A DNA stretch of 17,350 bases from Azolla caroliniana (GCA_043228905.1 JBHGNT010000702.1:1-17350), one strand, 5' to 3'. Shown: positions 1-11,207, numbered from the stretch's first letter. Translations and numbers: made by a program. Notes: generated by a model not told the origin, from the letters alone.

Positions 1-301
1 CATCGCCACCCTCGGGCAGGGTCATGACGAGGGATCAATCTGGAGCCCCGAGCACCGTCGAGAGGTAAATCGTGGGCCGATGAGTCGTTCCATTAGGTCG
101 CCTCGCCCAGAGCGGTCCACGTTGACCGTGAGCCAAAACACGCCGACTGCGTGTTGATGCAACTCCTGGGGTCCTTTATGAAATATTGTCAGTTTTTCGA
201 CTGGAGTATTCACCGTGATCTCGCGCGTTCGACTGTCGAGTTGATGCTACACAGATAATGCGAACAGCCGGACATCTTGAGGATGAGGTACTGAGACAGG
301 C

Positions 302-427
302 ACGCGTTTCTCATCCGGCGCGCGCGTCTGGTGTTGGATGGGCTGCGATGCCTCCGGCAACTTCCCTCTGCTCCCCCATCACAAGACACGTCACACTTCA
401 ATCGTTTCAAGTCACGTGCGCGTCAAA
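302..427. promoter_or_regulatory. MCB-like/CGCG-rich elements upstream of STN1
   Basis: ACGCGT at 302-307, GGCGCGCGCGTC at 317-328 and GCGCGTCAAA at 418-427, within 180 bp of the ATG. Confidence 0.45.
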
Positions 428-481
428 CTTAAGACATCTTGCTCAACGATTGTCTCTGCTCATGCCGCAGCTTGCAAAGGG

Positions 482-2531
482 ATGATCACTCGAGACGGTC
501 AGACGCAGCCATGCCTCGCCGCCGGCACGTCGCTGACCGAGTCTGAGCCATCATCCATAGCTGCGCTCGCCTCGCCTTCGTCACAGCTCAAGGATCCACT
601 ACTGCTGCGTCAGCTGCATGCATGGGCCAACTTATCAACCAACTCGGTCCTTTGTAACGTGGCGGAAGCACTCGACTTGTCGCGCAAGGCACTCTGCCAT
701 CGAGAAAGCATGCCGCTCTTTCTGCACTTGGGCCAGCGACCGGCAAAGTACGTCGAGATTGTGGGACGTGTTGTGGGATGCGAGGAAAGGGGGACGTATA
801 CAAGGCTATACAGTGAGTTAGAAAACTGATAGCTCGCCAGGTGCGATGATTGATCAAACCTACACGCACTCTTCTCAGTCGACGATGGAACGGCAGTGAT
901 AATGGTGCAGCACTTCCATCAAATAATGCCAATCCAGGCTGATTCATTTACTACAGAGGAGCCTTCCGTCGCACAAGAACCAGCACCTTATCCATTCCCG
1001 GGCGTACCAGAGGAATACAGACCTCCTCCGCCGCCTCCTCCGCCAACAGGTCGCAAGAAGGCAGGCATTCCTGATGCTGCCGAGCGCGCACGCACGGGAG
1101 CAGCTGCTGCAAGGAAGACGCTGAAGCCAGTCGGAAGCGTGGTCAAGGTATGCGGTAGAATCACGCGAAAACCTTGGGGCGTCGTTTGCTTTGTAGGAAG
1201 GGAGAGAGGTAGAGTTGACGGCGGAGGATTCGTCGGTGAGTGCAGCACACCGAGGAGATTATTATAATCGCACCTGAGCTGAGACTAGCCTCTAACTCTC
1301 AGAGCTTCAAAGTAATCCAAACGCCGAAGCGCTTCACATTATTGCCACAACTAAGGCAAGACCAGGCTACATGCGACCATTTATCCTGCCAAACTTCCAG
1401 GTCAACGCCGAACAAGCTCCTGCCAATGCCCAGAGGCTTCGTGCACAGGGGCCTTATTCGCGTCAGGCGTTACGTACGCTCACAGCGGCACCTGCAGAAT
1501 ACCTGACAGACGATTACATCCAGAAGCGAGATGCCGATCGCGAGCTGCGCAGGCAAAGGTTCTTGGCGAGCGGACGACTCGACGCGATGGGAGAGGGTCA
1601 AACGACCGAACCTACTGCGTACACTTCACGCTATCAAACCAGTAACGCCGATGGATATCGCAGAGGCAAGACACCACCTCCGCCCATTGTGGAGGATCCA
1701 TATTCGCTGGAATCTTCCCGTGTTCCTCTGCGAGACCGGATGCGCTTTGCAGCTACGCATGCCATGCCGGAAGCTGAACGGAGGAGGAAGATTGCTCGAC
1801 AGATGGGTATAACGTTGGAAGAGGATCGCGAAGATGCACAGCATATGCCTCCACCATTTCATCCGCTACCAGCACAATGGCGAGCGGAAACCTCCTGCAA
1901 CGCTTCGGCGCACGGGCGAAGGCCTGCAGAGGCCAGAGCGACCGAGCATAGATCGAGTTACGCGGTGCCGATAGAGACTGGTCGTTTTCCAACCGCGGAT
2001 GCTGGCAAAAAGCTACGCTCACATGCCGCCTTGCCAGATGCTAAGATCGATGAAGGTCTGTTCAATCTTCACCTTCAGATGCACATCACTCAGAACTATG
2101 GACCTGCAACTCTCGCTCCACGTCCTCAAGGCTCGAGCAGCACCGTCCCAGCCTTCACTTGCAAAATGCTTCGCAGGTCCTCGGATCTTCGAACATTGGC
2201 CGAGCGTTTGACGCGCATGACGCTTGCACTACACGGTCGCGCAGCCTCAGAGAGCATCGTTCGGGAAAAGTGCGTTCGGCTGTTCGACTTTATGCTCAAC
2301 ATTCTGGTTCGAGAAGGATTTATCGAGCGCGTTGCTGCGCCTGCTCGAATGTCGGTCGATCTCACGGAAACCTCTGGCAGTGAGGAGGAGGGAAGGGAAA
2401 GTGCAGGTAAAAGGAGAAGCAAGGTGGAGAAGGGCATGCGAAAGAATCAAAAGGTGGATGAGCCCAACGAGGAGTGGTTTTGCTACCCGCCCCCGGTCAC
2501 GCAGAAGACATTTGCAACATTAGATGTATAG
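482..2531 (+). CDS. STN1: CST complex subunit Stn1 (telomere OB-fold protein), 638 aa; exons 482-812, 879-1235, 1303-2531
   Basis: Introns 813-878 (GTGAGT..CTCAG) and 1236-1302 (GTGAGT..CTAAC..CTCAG) join three ORF-track pieces in frame (1917 nt). The product has Stn1/RPA2 OB motifs VEIVGRVV, YIDDGT (created by splicing), VGSVVKVCGRI and NPNAEALH, plus a winged-helix-like C-terminus (LFDFMLNILVREGFI). Length and architecture favour Stn1 over RPA2. Confidence 0.85.
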
Positions 2532-2624
2532 CAATCATTCCATTTGTATAATTGTACATTCCGGACCCACAATTACAACATCAGCAGCGCAATGGAAGAC
2601 GTTTGGCCGACAAGGCAAGAGAGA

Positions 2625-4499
2625 CTAGCTGGATGGAGTGAGGCATGCCGAAGCCGCCTGAACCAGAAGAGCTGTCTCGTTGGACCTGAGAGCTGCGTCA
2701 AATGCAGCTCTTGACCAACTTCCTGCCGGCGCGAATGTTGGGAGCAGATCGGTTCCATCTTCCAGCTGAAGCTAAGAAAGGACAGAGCAGGTCAGAAGGG
2801 TGAATGCAATGGCTGTAAACTGTGTGGCTGCTTACGGCATACGATTCAAGTCGACCTCCTGCAGCCTTGTACTTCAGCACCAGTACCGCTCTCTCCTCCT
2901 GCGCTTCACCATACGAGTAAACGGCGCGTAACGTTCTAGAGTCAGGCGCCGAAAGGGCCTTGAGTCCAACAAGCGTCTTGGTAATTTCAAGTGCATACGT
3001 TGCTCTGACACGCGGTGAATGCTGTTAGATAAATTTCTCGGAAGCACCTCAATTGCTGGTTTGACTCACTCATTGCACTCCTGCTCTACGCTCAAGTCTC
3101 TCGTTCCCTCCACTCCAAGCTTGCGCGCCTCAGCCGCATATGTTTCCGCCACGTTGAGCTCCACGGCCAATCGCTCTACCATGCGTAATCCGTTGTGCAA
3201 GTCCTTCTTGCGAGCGTCGATCTGCGCAACTAGATCTGCATGTGACGTTTCGAGGCTTTGCATTTCTTCGATCTGATCGTGAGGGATGAAGTGTATCAGC
3301 ATCGCAAGGACTATGGAAGCAAAGTTACGTACGGACTTACCTGTCTCTCGAACCATTCATTCGCCTCTTCACTCGTTAGACTGCCCTTCGGAGGAATCAA
3401 TGTTCCGGGCAGGGGTAAAGCTCCATTTCCAGCTCTCAGCCTGGCCAACTCTAACTCCGCATCCCCGATTTCGCGCATCAGCGTCAATGCCTCCTCCGTA
3501 TCCGCCTGCAGCGCTGCCACCGGACCTGGAGCATTGGTGACGGGTACAGCGGCCTTTGCACTGCGACGAGATTTCGAAGGCGTCGGTGGGGCCTGCATTG
3601 GCTTGGGGAGCAAGGAATCGCACAGCTCGTCGATCTCTGAGCGCAGCTTGAGGACAGTCGACTTGGCGGCGTCCATTTGCTCCTTGAGCGACTCTGCGGC
3701 TTGTTCTATAGCACGCAGAGATATGTTGATGGTTCTCAGTATGCGGAGCAGGCGCACTAGACGTCAAGTATAAACTCACCGAGAAGCTTGACATCCTGAA
3801 CGGTATGCACTGCACCGCCCGACTCCCCACCCAGCGTGTCCTCCAAGAACAGTCTCTTCGTATCAAGCTCCAAGTGAATGAACTTCAGCTTGGCATAGTA
3901 GTCCAGCATGGCCTTCTCTTCCTCCCGAATGCCTTCGGGCCACTTGGCAAAGGCGGCCCAGTCGATCTGCAGGCTCTCGTCCTGCACATTCTGAGCCTGG
4001 CCTGGCGTGGCGGATTGAAGTGCATCGGGCGCCTCGCTGGATCGACCGGCAGGCGAACGGAAGTGCTCGGATAGGCGCGCATTGAAGGCAGAGGAGAGAG
4101 CAGAGAGGTGAAGAGGTGGCTCAGTGGAGGAGCTGGAACGCTGAAGTTGTGATGCCAGACTAATGAGGAGGAAGTGCAGTGTTGGTCGAGATTCTAATGG
4201 CACCCACAAATAGGTAAACATGCTACTCACCGACGAGCATATGCAGCAGCTGTAGCCGCGTCCATTTTTGGTGCAGTATCAGCTGCGTCTGTGTCTTTGT
4301 CCGCACTCTCTTTGGCTTGGACGGATGCTGCTGCTTGAGCAGGCTGAGGTTGGATGAGCGATCGCTTGCCGCCCGAGCCCTTTGAGGCCAGGGGTACTCG
4401 CTTGTTGCTCTGCGGCGGCGGCACTGCTGTTTGCTTGCCAGTGCTACGCGGTGATGCGTTCTCCGCCGTTACTGCTGATCTTCTTCGCGTTGCAGGCAT
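2625..4499 (-). CDS. SOS7: Kinetochore protein Sos7 (Spc7/KNL1 partner, Kre28/Zwint-like), 510 aa; exons 4499-4231, 4159-3780, 3705-3341, 3272-3070, 3004-2836, 2771-2625
   Basis: Five GT-AG introns of 64-74 nt (donors GTGAGT, GTAAGT, GTAAGC) give one open frame of 1533 nt. LDYYAKLKFIHLELDTKRLFL resembles the Sos7 KL(R/K)FxYLE..TKxxF motif and is followed by long coiled-coil segments. Confidence 0.8.
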
Positions 4500-4745
4500 G
4501 TTGAATGGAAGGTACTGATAGTGAGAGAGGTGAGGTGCGAGGATGATGTTGATCTTCCCTCGATGTTTGTTCAATGTTGGTTCGCGGCGCGCGCGTTACG
4601 CGTCGACGTTTGAAACTCCGCAACCTTGGACTGGCGGCTGTGATGCTCCTCTACTTGAATCTCACCCATTACGCGCACCTTTCTTGTCATAGGCAAGCAA
4701 CGAGAGCAAACCCTGGGTTGATGGACTAGGCCTCGGGAAGCAGCC
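4500..4745. promoter_or_regulatory. Compact bidirectional promoter (SOS7 / zinc-finger gene) with MCB element
   Basis: 246 bp between divergent ATGs. CGCGGCGCGCGCGTTACGCGT at 4583-4603 includes a perfect ACGCGT at 4598-4603, followed by TTTGAAA at 4609-4615. Confidence 0.55.
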
Positions 4746-6515
4746 ATGCTGGCAGTACAGCGGCCACGTCCGAACATCCTGTCGCAAGACATTGGCAACA
4801 TGCCCTCAAGCTCCTCGCAAGAATCGAGCGCCAGCCACCCCTCCTCCTCGCAGCAGGAGCAGGCCCCTCTCTCGTTCAACGCAGGTCGATGCATGACTTC
4901 ACAGTGCACGCAGGCATCGGTGCACACGGTCCTGGATGATGCAGAGGACATGAATCAGGTGTATGAGGAAGAGGATGACGAGTTCAATCTGCTTCCGCCT
5001 CCATCGCAATTCAAGATGGCGCGCTATGGACTTTCCGCCACCTCCATCTCAGCTTCACCCTCTTCCAGCGGCGCACCCTCCATAAGTCAAGCGATTTCTC
5101 AAGCAGTAGAATCCTCAAAATCTCCCAAAGCTACGTTCACACGAGGTGATGCGTTGAGTCCAAGTCCGGAGAAGCCACGACGACGAGCGCCGCCCAAGCC
5201 GCGGCTAGAAGTCTACGATTTTGTCACAACCTCGCTCATCTCCGAACCAAAGACGTGCAAGGACGAGCCTGCATCCAGGATGATAGAAAAGACGATGGAG
5301 AAGGAAGGGGAGAAGGCAGAATACGAGCGTCGAGTTTGTGTCGCAGACGCGTGTCCTCACGACTTGGGATGTGGGGCAAGTTGCGAGCAGTCCTGGAGTC
5401 ATGCAGATTGTGGAACCACGCCGCATGCCAGCAGAAGCAAAGTCGGAGACTGCAAAAGGAAAGCGAAAAGGTTTGGAAAATTCCAAGCCGAAGATTCAGA
5501 CGACGTTGCTCGATTCCAAATCGACCAAGAAGCAAAAGTTGTCCTCGACAGTGGGCGATGAGGAGGCCTCCGGCTCCTCTAGCCTCGGTCAGCCTTTGCA
5601 GATAAATGAGCAGGAAAAGACGGGTGAAGAGTTGAAATAGTGAGTTTACTTCGTCGTGAAAACAGGCTTTGTTCCGACACTCATCTCTTGGTTTCTGTCA
5701 GTCCGAAGCTAAGCTCCTTTCCACCTCGTCGACTCAAATTCTTCACGCTCTGTCCTCTCTGTGCCACTGCGATCGGTGACTTTACTACGACCCGCAAGCG
5801 TTCGCACATTCTCAAATGCACTGGCAAGACAGCGCTAGGTGAGGATGTTGTGCTACGAATCATTGCGGGAGAGGAGCAGCGCGTCCTCCAGGTAGATCGG
5901 CTACGTATGCGCAAGGAAGAGCAGGAACGCACGGCTTGGGATGAACTCATTAGGGATGCGCCCGGAGAGCAACATAAACCAAAGCGCGCAAAGAAGGAAC
6001 ACTTATTTGCAACTCAGCGCGCCGTATTGGACCTGCAGAACTTGAAGAAACCCTCGGAGATTCAGGAAGAGGTTTATCGAAGACTGGTTGAACTATTTGG
6101 CAGGCATCCACAAGAGGAGGAAGAGAGCAAGAATCTGGCCAGCTCGTTGCAGAACGATGTCATTGCAGACTTGCATTCAAAGGACGCTCCCATTCCACAA
6201 TCGATGCTTCAGGCTTCTTCATCTTCGTGCTCCACGCTCGAGCTCAAACCTCGACCGCACACCCTACGATTCTTTCGCTGCAGCAAGTTGGCTCGTCGAA
6301 CTCGCTCACAGCACGTTCGAGGCCTGGGCCTGCGGCTTACCGAGCCTGAGGCACTCATCAGGGGAGGAGCTGGATTTGGAGAAATCATGGCCAGGAAGTA
6401 CAGGTTGAGGAAGCACTCGGCGGATGTGGAAGCTGGAGTCGTTTCGCAAGCTCCACTTCGACAGGGACTGGGACATCAACCATTTCGCTACTGGACGAGT
6501 CAGGCTTTTCGATGA
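4746..6515 (+). CDS. Hypothetical, largely disordered protein with a C2HC (UBZ-like) zinc finger, tentatively Slx4-related; frame discontinuity at about 5290-5410, intron 5640-5701, 3' end uncertain
   Basis: Intron 5640-5701 (GTGAGT..GTCAG) links the 5338-5640 frame to the 5640-6515 frame (EELKY-PKLSS). Zinc-finger pattern CPLC-x14-HILKC, followed by a charged helix. ORF 4746-5561 lies in a different frame from the next coding segment. I could not find an Slx4 SAP or C-terminal domain. Confidence 0.6.
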
Positions 6516-7405
6516 CGCAGCTTTCTTACGTGCAGATCGATTCCTTCCTTGCACGGCTTCTCATGTACTCTTCAACAATGTGCAGTTCCTCTTCCCTTCA
6601 TTCATTTTTGCGCGCACACTCATCATTCACCAACTTTGCACTGATACAATCCCATCGATATCCATCATTAGGTCAGTGTGCCCCAATCTCGACCTCGAAT
6701 CTCGGCGCTCGGCAGCCCTGCACGAAAGGAGAATCAGTAGCCCGCCAACAGGCAACACCTCTTGCGGCTGTCAGAGGGGCAGCGGGCGGGCCGTAGAGAG
6801 GGATGATAGACGTCGCCTTGTGGGGCTGATAATTCAGGCTCGGCGCGACTTTTACCCTCAATTCATCCCGGACGGCGTCTTGTTGTCCAACGGTCTTTGA
6901 TCTGTGCTCGCAAATCGCAATCCTGCCCGTCGATTTTATAGAGCAAGTGAGGCGAGTCTCGATCAGCATTCATACTGCTCATGTGTTACTCACACCAGGC
7001 CAAGGCGAATCTGGCAGAGTGCAGCATTGATCTCAGAGGGCGTCCAAGGGCTCCAACGCATTCCATTTGTCGCCTGCACACTTTGCAAAATTGCGCAAGT
7101 CAGCGGAAAGCCAGAGTGAGCGTTGGCGTTACTTTGTTTCGGTTCGGACATGTCCCGGAGCGCCCTGCGGTCAGTTTAATAGAGTGCATGTCCCGGCGGG
7201 GCATTCAGCCTTCCCGTTCTTACTCTTCCGCACTTTGACAGCCTTTCGCAATGTCGCTCTTAATGGGATGTGGTCCACGAGATGGATAAGAGGAGCATTG
7301 TTGCAACTTCAAACGCTCTCCTCCTCACGACCTCCGGAAACTAATAGAGCTGGCCTCTCTCGACCTAGTTGTCTTCCTACTCGTCATCATCAAACCCTCA
7401 ACGTC

Positions 7406-7881
7406 ATGAAGATGAAGCTCATCAACGCACTGGTTGCCGTCGTTTTCATGTGAGTTGAGACACTTGTACATTGATGCTGGAGCTTTACTGACACTCTTAC
7501 CTGTTGTCCTTTGTGCTCAGTGCTGCGTCGACGGCTCATGCCTTCAACTATGATGTCGGAGGAGCTCGACTGCTAGCTCGTGACGCGGACGCCCCCATCA
7601 TGTTGGCTCGTCATGTCGATGGTTCGCTAATGTTGCTCGTCGAGCGCGACTTCGCTGACTCGGCAGGGGGAGAAGCTCACCTCGCCACTCGTGACTTTCT
7701 TGACTTTAAGACCAAATTCCAGCAGATTGGTTGGAGGGCTTCCAATCTTTTCCGCCAGCCCACGTCCATCAGTCCAAAGGCGAAGCACGAGATCATGAAG
7801 AGCTACGAAGATGTGCCAAACGGAGGAGCTCTGGCGGCCGAGCAGATCAAAGAAATGAATGCAAGATTGAAGGCACAATAG
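7406..7881 (+). CDS. Small secreted cysteine-free protein / candidate effector, 134 aa; exons 7406-7449, 7521-7881
   Basis: Intron 7450-7520 (GTGAGT..ACTGAC..CTCAG). The spliced N-terminus MKMKLINALVAVVFIAASTAHA is a classical signal peptide ending in A-H-A. Four LxxR-type motifs follow. Confidence 0.85.
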
Positions 7882-8453
7882 GCGATTCGCGGAGATAACT
7901 ATCCTGGTCATGGGAGTCTAGAACAGTCAACTGGAGTCGCAACTCACGACGGCGTTGTCCCATCGATGCGTGGAACTCAACAAATCCACTCTCTCCGCCT
8001 CCAAGCGTAGCTTCTTCTCGAACACCCTCTACTCTTTCATGTTGCATCAGCCTACCTTGAATTCCTTTGCGCGCTGGTAGCCTCAGGAGCTTCAAAGTCG
8101 ATGCTATCTATCCGCGCGCCCCTTCCACTACAAGCTGTCTACAGTGTGACCTTGCTCGAACCTGCACAACGATGTGAAGTCCTCCCATGCTGTCTGAAGC
8201 TCAAATGTTGCCGTATGATCCTCTTTTAGAACCATGACCTTACTGACGGTATCAGACTGACGACTGGCGAACTTGAACTTCGTAGCAGAAAATGAGGAGA
8301 GCTTTCTGGCCTTCTCGGGCCAGTTGCTGTGGAGGGAGGTGCGGAGTTTCAATTTTTTTGACCAACAACAAATTGATCCAAGGTGAGGGATGCAAGGATT
8401 CTTCTGGCTCGGATTCCTTCACTTCTCGACCATATCAGACGTCGGCCTTCAGA

Positions 8454-9019
8454 ATGTCAACTTCGACTGCACCGCAAGATGCAGCTCCAACGCAGCAGCA
8501 GATTCTCTTCGCTCGTGCCCTCATTGCCACCTTTGCGCTATGGCCCGCGATGAAGCTGGCCGTGGCCGAGGAGTGGGGAGGCAGTGACTCGGCTGACAAG
8601 CGGGACTTTCTCATCTCCCACTTGGCCGATACATATGCCGGAACTCCACCTACGCAGCCCGACCTCGATGACTTGGCCGACGTGATTCTGGCCTACTTTG
8701 GCGACGAGTACGAAAGTACGTGGCGGGAAGGATTTGTCAGTTGCACAAGCTCTGCTTCGGCGATGACGCTGAGGCGGCGGAAAAGAGCGTTGCTGAGCTG
8801 GAACAGAGCGTTCCCAAGAGTGGAGCGGCGATGCAAGTCAAGAGGGGTGAACAGACGGACGGTGCCGGTATGCGAAGTGACGACTCCGATGACGGAGAAG
8901 ATGATGGCATGGACGTAGACGAACAACCGAGTGCCAACACTGCAGCTCCCCGCCCAAGGCAAGAGCCGATCGTGGATGAGGATGGCTTTACGACCGTTGT
9001 CAAGGGACGCAGGAGATGA
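8454..9019 (+). CDS. TSR2: Pre-rRNA-processing protein Tsr2 (Rps26 chaperone, WGG family); frameshifted at about 8714 in this sequence
   Basis: N-terminal half has WPAMKLAVAEEWGGSDSADKRDFL (WGG motif) and DLDDLADVILAYFGDEYE. The C-terminal half, in another frame, has YVAGRICQLHK, an acidic tract and the typical EPIVDEDGFTTVVKGRRR end. Confidence 0.9.
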
Positions 9020-9269
9020 TCTGTCGTGAGTCGGCAGGAAACTACTCATCGTTTGGACACGGCAACTAACACGCAAATTCATGCAGAGATGTCGCTCAAA
9101 TATACTTAGATGCGGCCGGGGGGGGGCAATTTCAAAATGTATCATCAGTCAGCGTTGACGCAAAGACAGGAGTGAGGGTGCAGTCAGGCCCATTGTTGAT
9201 TACAAAATCACATTAGATGGATGTGTAAGGGGTGAAAGTAGATGATTCTCTAGCGACACAGACACGGGG

Positions 9270-11207
9270 TTATGCAGCACCCTTATCTGCTCCCGGAGCG
9301 TGGACGAAGAATAGCAAAAAGGTCATGAACCTGGAGGTCACGGGGGAGTCAACGTCAGATGTTAATCTTGAAAGAAGCTCGAGAATACTCACCAGAGGGG
9401 CAGTACGTAAACCAGATTGAAGATCACTGGCGTTTGTGGAGTGCCACGACCGGCGAGGGACCGCTGCAGCATGCTCCATGCGATTCCATTAGTACCAGGC
9501 TCGTACATGCCCACCGGTGCGAGTTCAACTGCGCGTGCAGCGCGCAGGTAAGGATCCATCTTGCTTTCGAATTGCGATGGCTGAGCTCCAGATGCATCAA
9601 TGCCAAAGAGTCCTGCAAATGGGTTGGTCGTTCCGTTTGCCTCGTTCTCCAGCCTGCCTTGAGCATGCATAGTCTGAAGAATACGGTAAATGACAGAGAG
9701 TGCCACCAGGACGAGTAGCACTCCAAGGAATCCACCGGGTCGCATGGAGCCATTCTCTCCGCGAGCGATGGGAATAAGCAGAAGACCTCCCGCGATGGCG
9801 ATGAGCTCGAGGAAACAGGCAATGATGGGACCAACGCGAACGAAATTGATAGGCGTGGCGTTGGGGAACGAAGCGAGAGCGCCTACAGCGTTGGCATCTT
9901 GAAGCGTCGCATCCCACTGACGCAGGTATACTCCCGTGTAGGCAGAGGAAACAGCAAAGATGATCAGAGCCACCAAGTTGAAGAATCGAAGCAGTCCCGA
10001 GACAGCTGGTACGCCACTCTTTGCGTTTCCTTGCTGTGCATAGAGCGCCAGCAAGGCGAGCAGTGGCTCGAGCTGGCAAAGTAAAATTGATTGTGAGCGA
10101 GGAATGTATTGCTGCCGCGTTCCAAAACTTACCAGTAGAGGAGGCATGATGGATAGGAGGGCATTCTCGGCGATGATCAAGGCTGTGGTTGGCACATTGT
10201 TCGACAGCCAGGCACGAATACCAAAAGTGGCGACCATCACGATACTGTACGAGGTGGCGGCGTGGTCAGGTTCACGTCTATTGCTTGCGCCAGACCGAAA
10301 CTCACCCGAAGAGGAACACAGTGAAAAGGACGTGTGCGATCAGACTGGATCGACGCAGGAGGCGCACAAGGAACAATGGAATCAGAGCCAAGGTCGCCAG
10401 GATCCAAACGACAGATCTGAGCGAACGAAAAAAAAATGCATAGTGGGAGTAAGAAACATATATTGTGCTAAAGGAGGGGAAAGGGGGTACGTGTCCTCCT
10501 GTCCGTTCCACTCACGCGGCCAAGTCACCGTTTTTGTAGGGAACTCCACCTACGATCGTGTCCAGCCATCCAATGTCAGGAGCGTTCAAGTTGTTGATGT
10601 CCGCTGCGGGACTTCCGTTTCCAGATGGATCGCCCGTGACAGCTGGCAGAACTGAGCCTACAAGCTGGGTAGACGTGGGCTCGGTATCCTCGAATGACAG
10701 TGGAATCAGGGTGGGCTGGGCATTTTGACGACGACGAAGAGCAACTCGCGTGGGAATTCCACGAGCAGAGAGGCCGTCGGAATCAGCACTCAACGTAACC
10801 ATCGATGGGACATCGGTGGCGGAGCAGAGATACTGACTCCCAGAAGGTGATCCAGCTGCACAACCAAAGGCACCGGCGACGTATGTCCAGGCCGTGAGTA
10901 CAGCTTCCTTGCCACTGGTTGAGGCAGAGGCAGTCATGCTGGCAGTCGCGGGCATGGAAGTGGAGTTGCCTGAGGTGCTCGTTGGCATGGAGCTGGAGTT
11001 GCCAGCAGCGGTACTTGTCATTGCAGAGCTTGAGCTGGAGTTGGACGAAGCTGAAGTACTGCTTGCCATAGAGCTGGATCCATCAGAGGTCGAAGACTCT
11101 GCCGCGTCTCTACCTGCAGACGTGCTGCTGGCAGCGCTCGTCGAGGCTGCAGATGAGGAACTCTGTGTAGAACTGGATGGCATGCTGGCAGAGGCAGTAC
11201 TAGATGC

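Noticed and set aside
1-410. Short minus-strand ORFs and a possible 48-nt intron (213-166)
   Set aside because: Splicing gives early stops and no recognisable product. A gene may start at the minus-strand ATG at 25 and leave the window, but I cannot support it.
6900-7400. Plus-strand ORFs 6904-7119, 6981-7238 and 7067-7453
   Set aside because: No motifs or consistent splice structure. Only the end of 7067-7453 is exon 1 of the secreted protein.
7847-8352. Minus-strand ORFs between the secreted protein gene and TSR2
   Set aside because: Short, non-ATG starts and no recognisable features; likely UTR and promoter sequence.
8345-8360. TTTCAATTTTTTTG as an RRPE element for TSR2
   Set aside because: It does not match the AAAAWTTTT consensus, and no adjacent PAC motif is present.
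8700-8725. Programmed ribosomal frameshift as the explanation for the TSR2 break
   Set aside because: There is no X XXY YYZ slippery site, and conserved residues are missing rather than merely out of frame.
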